33,889 nucleotides of DNA from Spirochaetales bacterium (GCA_016928955.1 JAFGJV010000024.1:1-33889), one strand, 5' to 3'; shown: positions 8,953-17,819, counted from the stretch's first letter. Numbers and translations: made by a program. The notes: a model not told the origin generated them from the sequence alone.

Positions 8953-9080
8953 TGCTCGTATGGCGTCTGCGCTGGCAGACGGTCAAGAATGTTTGCATGA
9001 AGCGGCATATAGTCCTATCGTTATGCCGTGCGCACGCTTCCGTAGCGGAGCGTCATCCTCCTGCCTCCAGGCGGTGACCC

Positions 9081-11618
9081 ATGAAAATACTTACGCATAC
9101 CGTAAAACCCAAGATTCCGGAAGCGCTGGCTCCGCTTGAGGAAATGGCGCACAATCTGTGGATTTCGTGGAATTTCGACGCGATCATGCTTTTTATCCGG
9201 CTGGATTACGACGTGTGGGCCCAGTCCAGCCAGAACCCGGCCAAGATGCTCGGCATGGTTTCCCAGGAGCGCTACGACGCGGTGGCCGCGGACGATTCCT
9301 TCCTGGCGGCCCTGAAGGAAACCTACGCCAAATTCCTGGCGTACAAAAACCGGCCCACGTGGTACAAGGGCGACTACACGGACTCCGTTGCCTATTTTTC
9401 CATGGAGTACGGCATGGATCCCTCCCTGCCGACCTATTCCGGCGGGCTCGGCATTCTGTCCGGCGACCATCTGAAAACCAGCTCGGACCTGGGCCTTCCC
9501 CTGGTAGCCGTTGGCTTGCTGTACAGGCAGGGCTATTTCCGGCAGTATCTGAACGCCGACGGCTTCCAGCAGGAAGAGTATCCGGAGAATGACTGGTACA
9601 ACATGCCGGTCCGCCGCTGCGAGAGTGTGAACGGCGAACCCACCAAGATAGCCGTGGAGATAGCCGGGGAGCACATCGTGGCCCAGGTGTGGGAAGTCAG
9701 CGTGGGGCGCACCGCGCTGTACCTTCTGGACACCAACATAGACGAGAACACGCCGGCCAACCGCCTGATTACCGCCACCCTGTACGGCGGCGACAAGGAC
9801 ATGCGCATACGGCAGGAAATCCTCCTGGGCATAGGCGGCATCCGCGCGCTCAGGGCCGTGGGCGTCAATCCGGCGGTCACGCACATGAACGAGGGGCACG
9901 CGGCCTTCCTGGCCCTGGAGCGCATCCGGGAACTGATGAGTTCCAAGGCCATGAGCTTTGCCGAGGCCGTGCAGGCCCTCTGGGCCACCAATATCTTCAC
10001 CACCCACACGCCCGTGCCCGCCGGCAACGAGCGTTTCGGCGTCGACCTTCTGGAAAAATACTTCAAGGGCTGGGCCCACGAGCTCGGCATCGAGTGGAAG
10101 GCTTTCCTGGGACTCGGGCGCGAGAACCCCGCTGACGACGCCGAGCCGTTCTGCATGACGGTGCTCGCCCTGCGGATGTCCGCGTACGCCAACGGCGTGG
10201 CCGAGCTTCACGGCGTGGTGTCGCGCGACATGTGGCGGAAGCTATGGCCGGGGCTGGACGCCGCCGAGATACCCATAGGCCACGTCACCAACGGCGTCCA
10301 CCCGCGCACCTGGATATCGTCGCCCATGCTAGAGCTCCTTGACCGGTATTTCGGGCCGCGCTTCGAGGAAGACCCGACCAACCTGGCCACCTGGGACCGC
10401 ATAGACCGGGTAAGCGACGAGGAACTGTGGCGCACGCACGAGCGGCGCCGCGAGCGGCTGGTGGTGTTCGCCCGGGACCGCCTGCGCAGGCAGATGCGCC
10501 GCGTCGGCATCACCGAGAAGGGGCTCGTGCGGGCCGACGACGCCTTGTCGCCTTCCATACTCACCCTGAGTTTTGCCAGGCGCTTTGCCACCTACAAGCG
10601 CGGCAACCTGCTCCTCTCCGACCCGGACCGCCTCCTAAGGCTCCTCTCCGACAGGGACAGGCCCGTGCAGATCATCTTTGCAGGCAAGGCCCACCCGCAC
10701 GACCTGCCGGGCAAGGAGATCATCAAGGAACTGGTGCATTTCTCCCGCAGGGACGACGTGTTCGGCCGTATCGTATTCCTGGAAGACTACGACATGACCA
10801 TGGCGCGTTACATGACCAGCGGTTCCGACGTATGGCTCAATACGCCCCGCCGGCCCCTTGAGGCGTCCGGCACGTCGGGCATGAAGGCGGGCATGAACGG
10901 GGTCCTGAACTGCTCCATACTGGACGGCTGGTGGGCTGAGGGCTACGACCCCGAGCTCGGCTGGGCCATAGGCAAGGGTGAGGAGTACGGAGACACGGAC
11001 ATGCAGGACGAGGTGGAGTCCAAGGACCTGTACGACCTTCTGGAGCGCGAAATCGTCCCCACGTTCTATGACAGGGGCAGGGACGGCTTGCCGCGAGACT
11101 GGATACGCATGATGAAGAATTCCATCCGCGACACGGGCAAGCGCTTCTGCACCCACCGCATGCTGATGGAATACACGGACCAGTACTACCTCCCGGCCCT
11201 GGACAACGCGCGCCGGCTCAGGGAGGGCGACTATCAGGCCGCCAAGGACGTATCCGCCTACATGGACCGCGCCCGCAAAGACTGGCACAGCGTGGCCGTT
11301 GAGGATATCCGGACCACAGCCAAGCCGGTGATGGAACGGGGCGACACCGTGACGATAGAAGCCAGGGTCCGGACGGGCGGCCTGGAGCCAGAAGCGCTCC
11401 GCGTGGAATTGTTCCACGGACCCGTATCCAGCACCGGCGAGATCTACGATGCCACCAGGGTGGAGATGAAAGCCGGAAACGCCCAGGGCGGGGCCTACGA
11501 GTATGTGGTGACCGTGGAATGCCAGACTACGGGCAAGCACGGCTATGCGGTCAGGGTTTTGCCCAGGCACGCTGACCTGGTTCACCCCTTCATACCCGGC
11601 ATGGTCAAATGGGCATGA
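9081..11618 (+). CDS. glgP: Alpha-glucan (glycogen/starch) phosphorylase, GT35
   Basis: AYFSMEYG, YSGGLGILSGD, HMNEGHAAF, ARRFATYKR, and the PLP-lysine motif EASGTSGMK. 845 aa. Confidence 0.97.
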   Translation: MKILTHTVKPKIPEALAPLEEMAHNLWISWNFDAIMLFIRLDYDVWAQSSQNPAKMLGMVSQERYDAVAADDSFLAALKETYAKFLAYKNRPTWYKGDYTDSVAYFSMEYGMDPSLPTYSGGLGILSGDHLKTSSDLGLPLVAVGLLYRQGYFRQYLNADGFQQEEYPENDWYNMPVRRCESVNGEPTKIAVEIAGEHIVAQVWEVSVGRTALYLLDTNIDENTPANRLITATLYGGDKDMRIRQEILLGIGGIRALRAVGVNPAVTHMNEGHAAFLALERIRELMSSKAMSFAEAVQALWATNIFTTHTPVPAGNERFGVDLLEKYFKGWAHELGIEWKAFLGLGRENPADDAEPFCMTVLALRMSAYANGVAELHGVVSRDMWRKLWPGLDAAEIPIGHVTNGVHPRTWISSPMLELLDRYFGPRFEEDPTNLATWDRIDRVSDEELWRTHERRRERLVVFARDRLRRQMRRVGITEKGLVRADDALSPSILTLSFARRFATYKRGNLLLSDPDRLLRLLSDRDRPVQIIFAGKAHPHDLPGKEIIKELVHFSRRDDVFGRIVFLEDYDMTMARYMTSGSDVWLNTPRRPLEASGTSGMKAGMNGVLNCSILDGWWAEGYDPELGWAIGKGEEYGDTDMQDEVESKDLYDLLEREIVPTFYDRGRDGLPRDWIRMMKNSIRDTGKRFCTHRMLMEYTDQYYLPALDNARRLREGDYQAAKDVSAYMDRARKDWHSVAVEDIRTTAKPVMERGDTVTIEARVRTGGLEPEALRVELFHGPVSSTGEIYDATRVEMKAGNAQGGAYEYVVTVECQTTGKHGYAVRVLPRHADLVHPFIPGMVKWA

Positions 11619-11648
11619 CGCGGGCATGAAGAACGCGTGATTGGCATC

Positions 11649-11678
11649 AGGGCGGCTCCGTTTGGGGCCGCCCTTTTT
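11649..11678 (+). terminator. Intrinsic terminator of glgP
   Basis: AGGGCGGCTCC-gttt-GGGGCCGCCCT followed by TTTT. Confidence 0.85.
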
Positions 11679-11698
11679 GTCATGGTGCCGTGGTGATG

Positions 11699-11833
11699 AG
11701 CCAATTTCAAAAGTCTGTTACTTCTGAAATTGGCTTTGCGATTGCTCGTGGCTGTCTGCATGTTTCGCAGCCGCTACGCAAATCACGTCTCAATGTGTAG
11801 CTCTTTCAAAACTCGTCCGACTTTTGAAAGAGC
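11699..11833. repeat. REPIN/MITE-like element made of two related palindromes around a 64-bp spacer
   Basis: Palindromes at 11699-11735 and 11800-11833, each with 16-bp arms and one mismatch. TTTCAAAAGTC (11705-11715) and GACTTTTGAAA (11819-11829) also pair across the whole unit. Confidence 0.65.
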
Positions 11834-11882
11834 CTTTTATGTGAAAATTTTACACAATTTCCCGTTTCGCCGGTCCTGTGGC

Positions 11883-11911
11883 TTGGACTCATGGAGCCTG
11901 GCCAGTACTAT
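11883..11911 (+). promoter_or_regulatory. Sigma70-type promoter of the AsnB-like gene
   Basis: TTGGAC-N17-TACTAT. Confidence 0.5.
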
Positions 11912-11987
11912 GAATAGATACTGTTCGGGCATCCGGAGCGCACGCGCTTCCCGGCTTTCCCGAGCATCCCTACAACCGGAGGAGCCC

Positions 11988-13376
11988 ATGTCATCATTCG
12001 CCGCAATAGCCAACCCGCAGAGGAAGCACGACGCTGAACGCATGCTTGCCAAACTTGCCCACAGGGGAGGTACAGATAAACGGGTTTTTGAAGGCGGCGG
12101 GGCGTATGTATGCGCGTCTGAGCACGTATGGCCGCGCTGGTCGCCCTCCCTGCCCGCGGCATCGGCCTGGGTGGATACGCCGCCGCCCGATCTGACCCCC
12201 GATACCCTGGCGTCCTGGCCGCTGCCCTTTGCCCTGGCAGCGGCAACCGAGGGCGGCTTGTTGCTGGCGCGTGACAGGATGGGAGCCCGTCCGCTGTATT
12301 TCGGCTATTCGGACGGGGACCTGTGCGCGGCGACCGAGGTTAAGGCTTTGGCCGAGATCACCACGGACGTGCGCGAATTCCCGCCCGGTCACTATTACAC
12401 CAGCTCCGGAGGGTTTTGCCGTTTTGCCGAGGTCCGGGGCGTAGATATAGAAGAAAAAGACCCGGACTCCATTGCCAAGCGCTTGCGCTCGATTCTTGAG
12501 GAGGCCATAGGGCGCGTTACCCTGGCCGACGGCCTGGGCGTGTGGCTGTCGGGCGGCGTCGACTCGTCCGTCATCGCCTCCCTGGCCAGCTTGTCTGTGC
12601 CGTCGCTCCGGTCCTTTGTCATAGGTCTGCCCGGTTCCACGGACGTTGAATACGGCGGCATCATGGCCAGGCATCTGGGCATACGGCACCAGGCCGTAAC
12701 CGTCAGCCCGCAGGAACTTATTGCCGCGTTGCCTGATGCCATAGCTGCCCTGGAGTCCTTTGACGCCCTCCTGGTACGGTCCAGCGTGACCAACTGGCTG
12801 GTGTCGCGCATAGTGGCCGACCATGTGCCCGCGGTGCTGTCCGGGGAGGGCGGCGACGAGCTGTTCGCGGGCTACGAGTACATGAAGGCCATACCGGAGG
12901 AGAACCTGGCGGCCGAGCTCGGGTCCGCGGTTGCCAGCCTGTCCAACACGGCGTTCCAGCGGGTGGACCGCAGCGCCCACGCGCATGGCCTTGTGCCCCT
13001 GCTGCCCTTTGCCGACGCCGCCGTTACGGAGTACGCCCTGGGCATTCCCGTGTCTCTGAAACTCAAGGAGTGGAACGGCCGCCGGGTGGAAAAATGGATA
13101 CTCCGCAAGGCCGTGGAAGGCCTGGTCCCGGAGAACGTGCTGTGGAGGCCAAAAACCAAATTCTGGCAGGGCACCGGAGTGCAGGACATTTTGTCGGAAC
13201 ACGCCGAACGGAACGTGAGCGACGCGGATTTCCGGCGCGAGCGCGTGCTGCCCAACGGCTGGAGCCTGAACACCAAGGAAGAGCTCTGGTATTACCGCCT
13301 GTTTGCCGAGCGGCTTGGCGGGCTGGCTTCCTTGGACTGGATGGGCAGGACCAAGGGCGCGCCGGTTTCCAGCTGA
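11988..13376 (+). CDS. Asparagine synthetase B-related ATP-dependent amide synthetase with a degenerate glutaminase domain
   Basis: HRG, LARDRMGARPLY, PP-loop LSGGVDSS, SGEGGDELFAGY, EKWILRKA and TKEE. Start is the ATG at 11988 behind GGAGGAG. The protein begins MSS rather than MCG. Confidence 0.88.
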   Translation: MSSFAAIANPQRKHDAERMLAKLAHRGGTDKRVFEGGGAYVCASEHVWPRWSPSLPAASAWVDTPPPDLTPDTLASWPLPFALAAATEGGLLLARDRMGARPLYFGYSDGDLCAATEVKALAEITTDVREFPPGHYYTSSGGFCRFAEVRGVDIEEKDPDSIAKRLRSILEEAIGRVTLADGLGVWLSGGVDSSVIASLASLSVPSLRSFVIGLPGSTDVEYGGIMARHLGIRHQAVTVSPQELIAALPDAIAALESFDALLVRSSVTNWLVSRIVADHVPAVLSGEGGDELFAGYEYMKAIPEENLAAELGSAVASLSNTAFQRVDRSAHAHGLVPLLPFADAAVTEYALGIPVSLKLKEWNGRRVEKWILRKAVEGLVPENVLWRPKTKFWQGTGVQDILSEHAERNVSDADFRRERVLPNGWSLNTKEELWYYRLFAERLGGLASLDWMGRTKGAPVSS

Positions 13377-13405
13377 GCGCTGGCGGTGGGCGGGAAGCGT
13401 TGTGT

Positions 13406-14533
13406 CTACAGCGCGGCGACGCGGTCCAGGAACTCGACGACGCCGACCTCCATGAAGCCCCTGGTCAGGGCTTTTCCCCGGCTATTCGGGGTGACGACGA
13501 ATCGTTGCTGCACCCCCAGCGCGTCCGCGGCGTTGCCGGCTCCCCGGGGCGTCGCGTAAGCCGGCCGTAGGCGCCCTATGGCGCCTAGTACCGGCCGGCC
13601 GCTGTCGGCCACCAGGATGTCCAGGCCGGCTCCGTCCGCGCTGGCAAAGCAGTACGGCGACAGGCCGGTTCGGAGAACCCTGGCCGCCTGCTCAACGACA
13701 TAGGCCTGCCAACTTTGTTGGGTCGACCATTCACCCGCGTCAGGCAGGGCGCTTAAGGCAGCGGCCGCCAGGCCTTGGTCCCTCCACAGCCACGCGGCCG
13801 ACGTCCTGTACCTGCCGCCAGGAAACTGCGGCCGGTACGCGGGCAGGGCCCTGAGCAAGCCCAGGTCCGACAGCCTGGTCATAAGCCGGCATACGGTCGG
13901 GCGGGCAACGCCGGAACGGGCGGCCAGGCACAGTTCGTTAACCGCCTGCCCTTGGCTCGCGGCTATCATGGCCATGATGGTTGGCGTGGCTTCCACCGAC
14001 GGAGAACGCCCTCCCTGTCCGCGCACGGCCCGAGCAACGGATACCAGCCGTTCCCGGCACGCGGAGAGGGCCTGCCTGGCATCCCGGGCGCGCCACGCCT
14101 CCGGGAGGCCTCCCCGCTGCCAGTGTTCCCTCCAGGCTGCGTGGCCGACTTCAAACAGAGAAAAATACGGTAGCTCAAGCAACGGCCAGCCTTGGCTGGC
14201 AGGGAAGGGGCCGCCCACCAGGGCATACCTGGTCGTCCTCCCGCGGTTCTCCTCCAAGGCGGTCCGGGCTAACGCATCCAGCGCGAACTCCACGGTTTGC
14301 CCGCCCGCTCCGTCAATAATGCACACGCCACCGGCGGGAGCGGGGGATACAGCCAGCGCTTGAACCAAGCATGGATATTTGCCGTCCACCAGCGTCGCCC
14401 TGGACCCAAAACGGTCCGCAAGCTGGCGGCAAAAGGTCGTGGCTCCGCTCCCGGGCGCCGCCCGAATCAGGACGCAGGCATGGTTTCTGAGGGCAAACAG
14501 GGTGTCCGATAGGATGGAGCGTTGTATCAGCAC
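13406..14533 (-). CDS. AAA_14/DUF4143-family protein with degenerate ATPase and nuclease motifs
   Basis: Family-like blocks WQRGGLPEAW, a winged-helix segment LAARSGVARPTV, WRDQGL, SWQAYVVEQ and GAGLDILV. The Walker A position reads AAPGSGATT. Confidence 0.75.
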   Translation of the reverse strand: MLIQRSILSDTLFALRNHACVLIRAAPGSGATTFCRQLADRFGSRATLVDGKYPCLVQALAVSPAPAGGVCIIDGAGGQTVEFALDALARTALEENRGRTTRYALVGGPFPASQGWPLLELPYFSLFEVGHAAWREHWQRGGLPEAWRARDARQALSACRERLVSVARAVRGQGGRSPSVEATPTIMAMIAASQGQAVNELCLAARSGVARPTVCRLMTRLSDLGLLRALPAYRPQFPGGRYRTSAAWLWRDQGLAAAALSALPDAGEWSTQQSWQAYVVEQAARVLRTGLSPYCFASADGAGLDILVADSGRPVLGAIGRLRPAYATPRGAGNAADALGVQQRFVVTPNSRGKALTRGFMEVGVVEFLDRVAAL

Positions 14534-14596
14534 GACATGAGCATAGTATAAAATTCAAAATACGGGGTTAAAATCTCAAAACCGGGAGTTTCAGCC

Positions 14597-14625
14597 TTAC
14601 AGTGGAGCATCTGGGAAGCTACACT
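14597..14625 (+). promoter_or_regulatory. Candidate promoter of the oxidoreductase operon
   Basis: TTACAG-N17-TACACT, ending 24 bp before the ATG at 14650. Confidence 0.4.
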
Positions 14626-14649
14626 TGTGGTGTTCCGGGAGGCCAAACA

Positions 14650-16089
14650 ATGAAAACTGGATCGGGCCGCTATGATGTGTGCATCGTGGGGGCAGGGGTG
14701 TGCGGGGCCAACATAGCCCGGCGCCTGTCGGCTTACGAGCTGGATGTGGTGCTTGTGGACAAGTACGCGGACGTGTCGTTCGGGGTGTCCAAGGGCAACT
14801 CAGGCATCATTCACGGCGGTTTCCACCACGGCAGGCAGCATCTCAAGGCCCGGCTGGAGATTCAGGGCGCCATGATGTTCGACCGGCTCAGGCAGGAACT
14901 GGATTTTCCCTTCAAGCGCTGCGGGATCGTGGTGGCCGCTTTCCATGAGGACGAGATGCGCGCCATAGAGCAATTGTACATGCAGGGCGTGGACAACGGC
15001 GTGATAGGCATAGAAATGTGCTCGCGGGAACGCATGCTGGAGCTGGAGCCCAAACTGAACCCGGACGTGCTCGGCGGCCTGTGGGTGCCCGGGGGCGGCA
15101 TCGTGGAGCCGTACCGCTTCGTGTTCTCGCTGGTTGAGAGCGCGCGTAAAAACGGGGTGGAGCTGCTCACCGATTTCAAGGTGTCGGCGGCGGCTCGCTC
15201 GGGCGACGAGTGGACCGTGCGAGCCGAGGACGGCCGGTCCATCAAGGCCCGCTACGTGGTCAACGCGGCCGGCCTGTTCGCGGACGAGGTTTCAGCCGTG
15301 TTCGGCGCCGAGGAGTTTGCCATCAAGGCGCGGAAAGGCGAGTACTACCTCCTGGACCGCCTGTCCAAGGCCCGGACCGAACGCGTGGTTTTCCCCGTGC
15401 CCACCAGCGTGTCCAAGGGCATGCTGGTCATTCCCACGGTTGAGGGCACCGTGCTGATAGGACCCACGGCGGACATGGTCGACGACAAGGGCGACGCGGC
15501 CACCACGCGCGAGCATCTGGAGAAAATCCTGTCCTCGGCGCGCGCCATGATCCCCGCTATATCCGAAAACGACGTGATCACCAGCTTTGCCGGGCTCCGT
15601 CCTACCCTGGGCGACGATTTCTACATCGAGATGAGCAAGAAAGTTCCGGCCTTTGCGCAGGTGGCGGGCATACAGTCGCCGGGCCTGACGGCCAGCCCCG
15701 CCATCGGGGAATACGTCAAGGACCTACTCAAGAAAGCCGGCCTCAAGCTTAAAGAAAAGGTCGACTACGACCCGTTCGTAGGCAAGAGGCCGCACGTCAA
15801 GGACCTGTCGCCCTACGAGGTAGACCAGCTGGCCGCGGCGGACCCGGCGTACGCCAACATGGTGTGCCGCTGCGAGAAGGTGTCAGAGGCGGAGATCGTG
15901 GAAGCCGTGCGGGCGGGGCACACCACCCTGGACGGCATCAAGTATTTCACGCGTGCCCAGATGGGACGCTGCCAGGGCGGCTTCTGCACGTACAAGATCA
16001 TGAAGATCATCATGCGCGAGACTGGGCTGTCCTACAGTGACATCACCAAGAACGGCGGCGAGAGCCGCATGCTCAAGGACGAACTATGA
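14650..16089 (+). CDS. FAD-dependent oxidoreductase with a C-terminal BFD-like [2Fe-2S] domain (glycerol-3-phosphate dehydrogenase GlpA/LhgO-like)
   Basis: GAGVCG FAD motif, SKGNSGIIHGG, GIQSPGLTASPAI, CRCE and GRCQGGFC. Start is the ATG at 14650 behind GGGAGG. Confidence 0.9.
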   Translation: MKTGSGRYDVCIVGAGVCGANIARRLSAYELDVVLVDKYADVSFGVSKGNSGIIHGGFHHGRQHLKARLEIQGAMMFDRLRQELDFPFKRCGIVVAAFHEDEMRAIEQLYMQGVDNGVIGIEMCSRERMLELEPKLNPDVLGGLWVPGGGIVEPYRFVFSLVESARKNGVELLTDFKVSAAARSGDEWTVRAEDGRSIKARYVVNAAGLFADEVSAVFGAEEFAIKARKGEYYLLDRLSKARTERVVFPVPTSVSKGMLVIPTVEGTVLIGPTADMVDDKGDAATTREHLEKILSSARAMIPAISENDVITSFAGLRPTLGDDFYIEMSKKVPAFAQVAGIQSPGLTASPAIGEYVKDLLKKAGLKLKEKVDYDPFVGKRPHVKDLSPYEVDQLAAADPAYANMVCRCEKVSEAEIVEAVRAGHTTLDGIKYFTRAQMGRCQGGFCTYKIMKIIMRETGLSYSDITKNGGESRMLKDEL

Positions 16090-17342
16090 AGGAACTGACG
16101 TACGACGCGGTAGTGATCGGCGGCGGGGCGGCCGGCATGGCTGCGGCCAGGGAGCTGGACGCGGCCGGCTGTTCCTGCGCCATAGTCGAGCGCGAGGAGC
16201 GCCTTGGCGGCATCCTGGGACAGTGCATACACAACGGTTTTGGCCTCATAGAGTTCAACGAGGAGCTGACAGGGCCCGAGTTTGCCGAGCGCATGGAGGA
16301 ACGCGTGCGCGGCACCGGGGTGGCCGTATACACGGGAGCCACGGTCATGGAGGTGGACGCGGCGCCGGAGATCAAGTCGCTGTTCTGCTATTCGGCGTCC
16401 TTTGGCGTCATCCGCCTGAACGCCCGCGCCATAGTGCTGGCCATGGGCTGCAGGGAACGCAACCGGGGCAACATACGGATACCCGGCGACCGCCCAGCGG
16501 GCGTGTACACGGCCGGCCTGGCCCAGCGGCTGGTCAACATAGAGGGTTTTGTGCCGGGCAGGAACGTGGTGGTCATAGGCTCCGGCGACATTGGCCTGAT
16601 CATGGCCAGGCGCATGAGCTGGATAGGCTGCAAGGTGCACGCGGTGGTTGAGATCCTGCCGTATCCGTCCGGCCTGACGCGCAACATAGTCCAGTGCCTG
16701 CACGATTTCGGCATTCCGCTGTACCTGTCGCACCTGACCACGCGCATCATCGGGCGGGAGCGGGTGGAGGGCGTGGAAATAACGCCTATAGAGAACGGCG
16801 CGCTCATGCACGAAAAATCCTTCGTTATTCCCTGCGACACGGTCCTGTTGTCGGTGGGCTTGGTACCGGAAAACGAGCTGTCCAAGGACGCGGGGGTGGA
16901 GCTGAATCCCATGACCAACGGCCCCGTGGTGGACTCCATGCTGATGACCAGCGTGCCCGGCGTGTTCGCCTGCGGGAACGTCCTGCATGTCCATGACCTG
17001 GTCGACTATGTGGTGGAGGAGGCCAAACGGGCAGGCGCCAATGTGGCCCGCTGGCTGAAGGGAGAGCGGCCCCAGGCGGAGGCCAGGATCAAGGCAGGGC
17101 CGAACGTGCGCTACGTCGCGCCGTCCAGGGCGGACCCATCCAGGGACAACAAGATTTACCTGCGCTCACTGGTGGTGAAGAACGAGGCCAGCCTGGAAAT
17201 CCGGGTCAACAACCGGGTGGTCAGAACCGTCAAAAAGGCACACATTCAGCCATCCGAAATGCTGTCAGTGGATTTGTCCAGGGCGGACCTGGCTACCTGC
17301 TCGGGGTCGCCTGATCCCACGGTCGAGATCGCGCTTGCGTGA
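16086..17342 (+). CDS. Pyridine nucleotide-disulfide family FAD/NAD(P)-dependent oxidoreductase
   Basis: GGGAAG, GGILGQCIHNGFG, IGSGDIGLIMARR and FACGNVLHVHDLVD. ATGA overlap with the upstream gene. Confidence 0.9.
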   Translation: MKELTYDAVVIGGGAAGMAAARELDAAGCSCAIVEREERLGGILGQCIHNGFGLIEFNEELTGPEFAERMEERVRGTGVAVYTGATVMEVDAAPEIKSLFCYSASFGVIRLNARAIVLAMGCRERNRGNIRIPGDRPAGVYTAGLAQRLVNIEGFVPGRNVVVIGSGDIGLIMARRMSWIGCKVHAVVEILPYPSGLTRNIVQCLHDFGIPLYLSHLTTRIIGRERVEGVEITPIENGALMHEKSFVIPCDTVLLSVGLVPENELSKDAGVELNPMTNGPVVDSMLMTSVPGVFACGNVLHVHDLVDYVVEEAKRAGANVARWLKGERPQAEARIKAGPNVRYVAPSRADPSRDNKIYLRSLVVKNEASLEIRVNNRVVRTVKKAHIQPSEMLSVDLSRADLATCSGSPDPTVEIALA

Positions 17343-17352
17343 GGGGGAAGGC

Positions 17353-17724
17353 ATGAGCGAGGAACTGATTTGCATAACCTGCCCCATGGGGTGCAGGCTG
17401 AAGGTGGACAGGCGCGACGACGGTACCCTTTCCGTAACCGGCAACCGTTGCGCGCGCGGCATTAAGTACGCGGAAGAGGAGCTTCTGGACCCCAAACGCA
17501 TGGTCAGCGCCACGGCCAAGGTGTCAAAACCGGGGGCCGGGCTGGATGCCGTCAGCCGCGTCCCTGTCCGGACCAGCGTGCCCTGCCGCAAGGAAGCCAT
17601 CGGGGACCTGCTTGCTGACATATACGCGCTGACCGTGGACCTGCCCGTGGCCCGCGGCCAGACACTCATACAGAACTGGAAGGGAAGCGGGGTGGACGTA
17701 CTGGCCACCCGGACCTTACCATAG
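17353..17724 (+). CDS. DUF1667-like small Cys-rich (Fe-S/metal-binding) subunit
   Basis: CITCPMGC and VTGNRCARG. This is the usual third gene of this oxidoreductase triad. Start is the ATG at 17353. Confidence 0.85.
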   Translation: MSEELICITCPMGCRLKVDRRDDGTLSVTGNRCARGIKYAEEELLDPKRMVSATAKVSKPGAGLDAVSRVPVRTSVPCRKEAIGDLLADIYALTVDLPVARGQTLIQNWKGSGVDVLATRTLP

Positions 17725-17819
17725 CGGGGCTGGCCGTTCCGCGTACCGGAACGGCGTGCTTGCCCGCCGAGCCGCCACAGGACGCTTTCCCGGTTTCTGG
17801 TGAAACGCTGCCGGAGCGC

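Noticed and set aside
11699..11833. Possible mini CRISPR array (two palindromes plus a spacer)
   Set aside because: The two units are not identical direct repeats, the spacer is 64 bp, and no cas genes are present.
11730..11987. 86-aa N-terminal extension of the AsnB-like ORF in the ORF track
   Set aside because: It runs through the palindromic element and the promoter. A strong SD sequence supports the ATG at 11988.
13406..14533. Anti-phage defence island around the AAA/DUF4143-like gene
   Set aside because: The catalytic motifs are degenerate, the neighbours are metabolic genes, and there is no integrase or other defence gene or obvious compositional shift.
17733..17755. Hairpin GCCGTTCCG-cgtac-CGGAACGGC after the DUF1667-like gene as a terminator
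   Set aside because: There is no U-tract. It may be a stabilising stem, but it cannot be called an intrinsic terminator.
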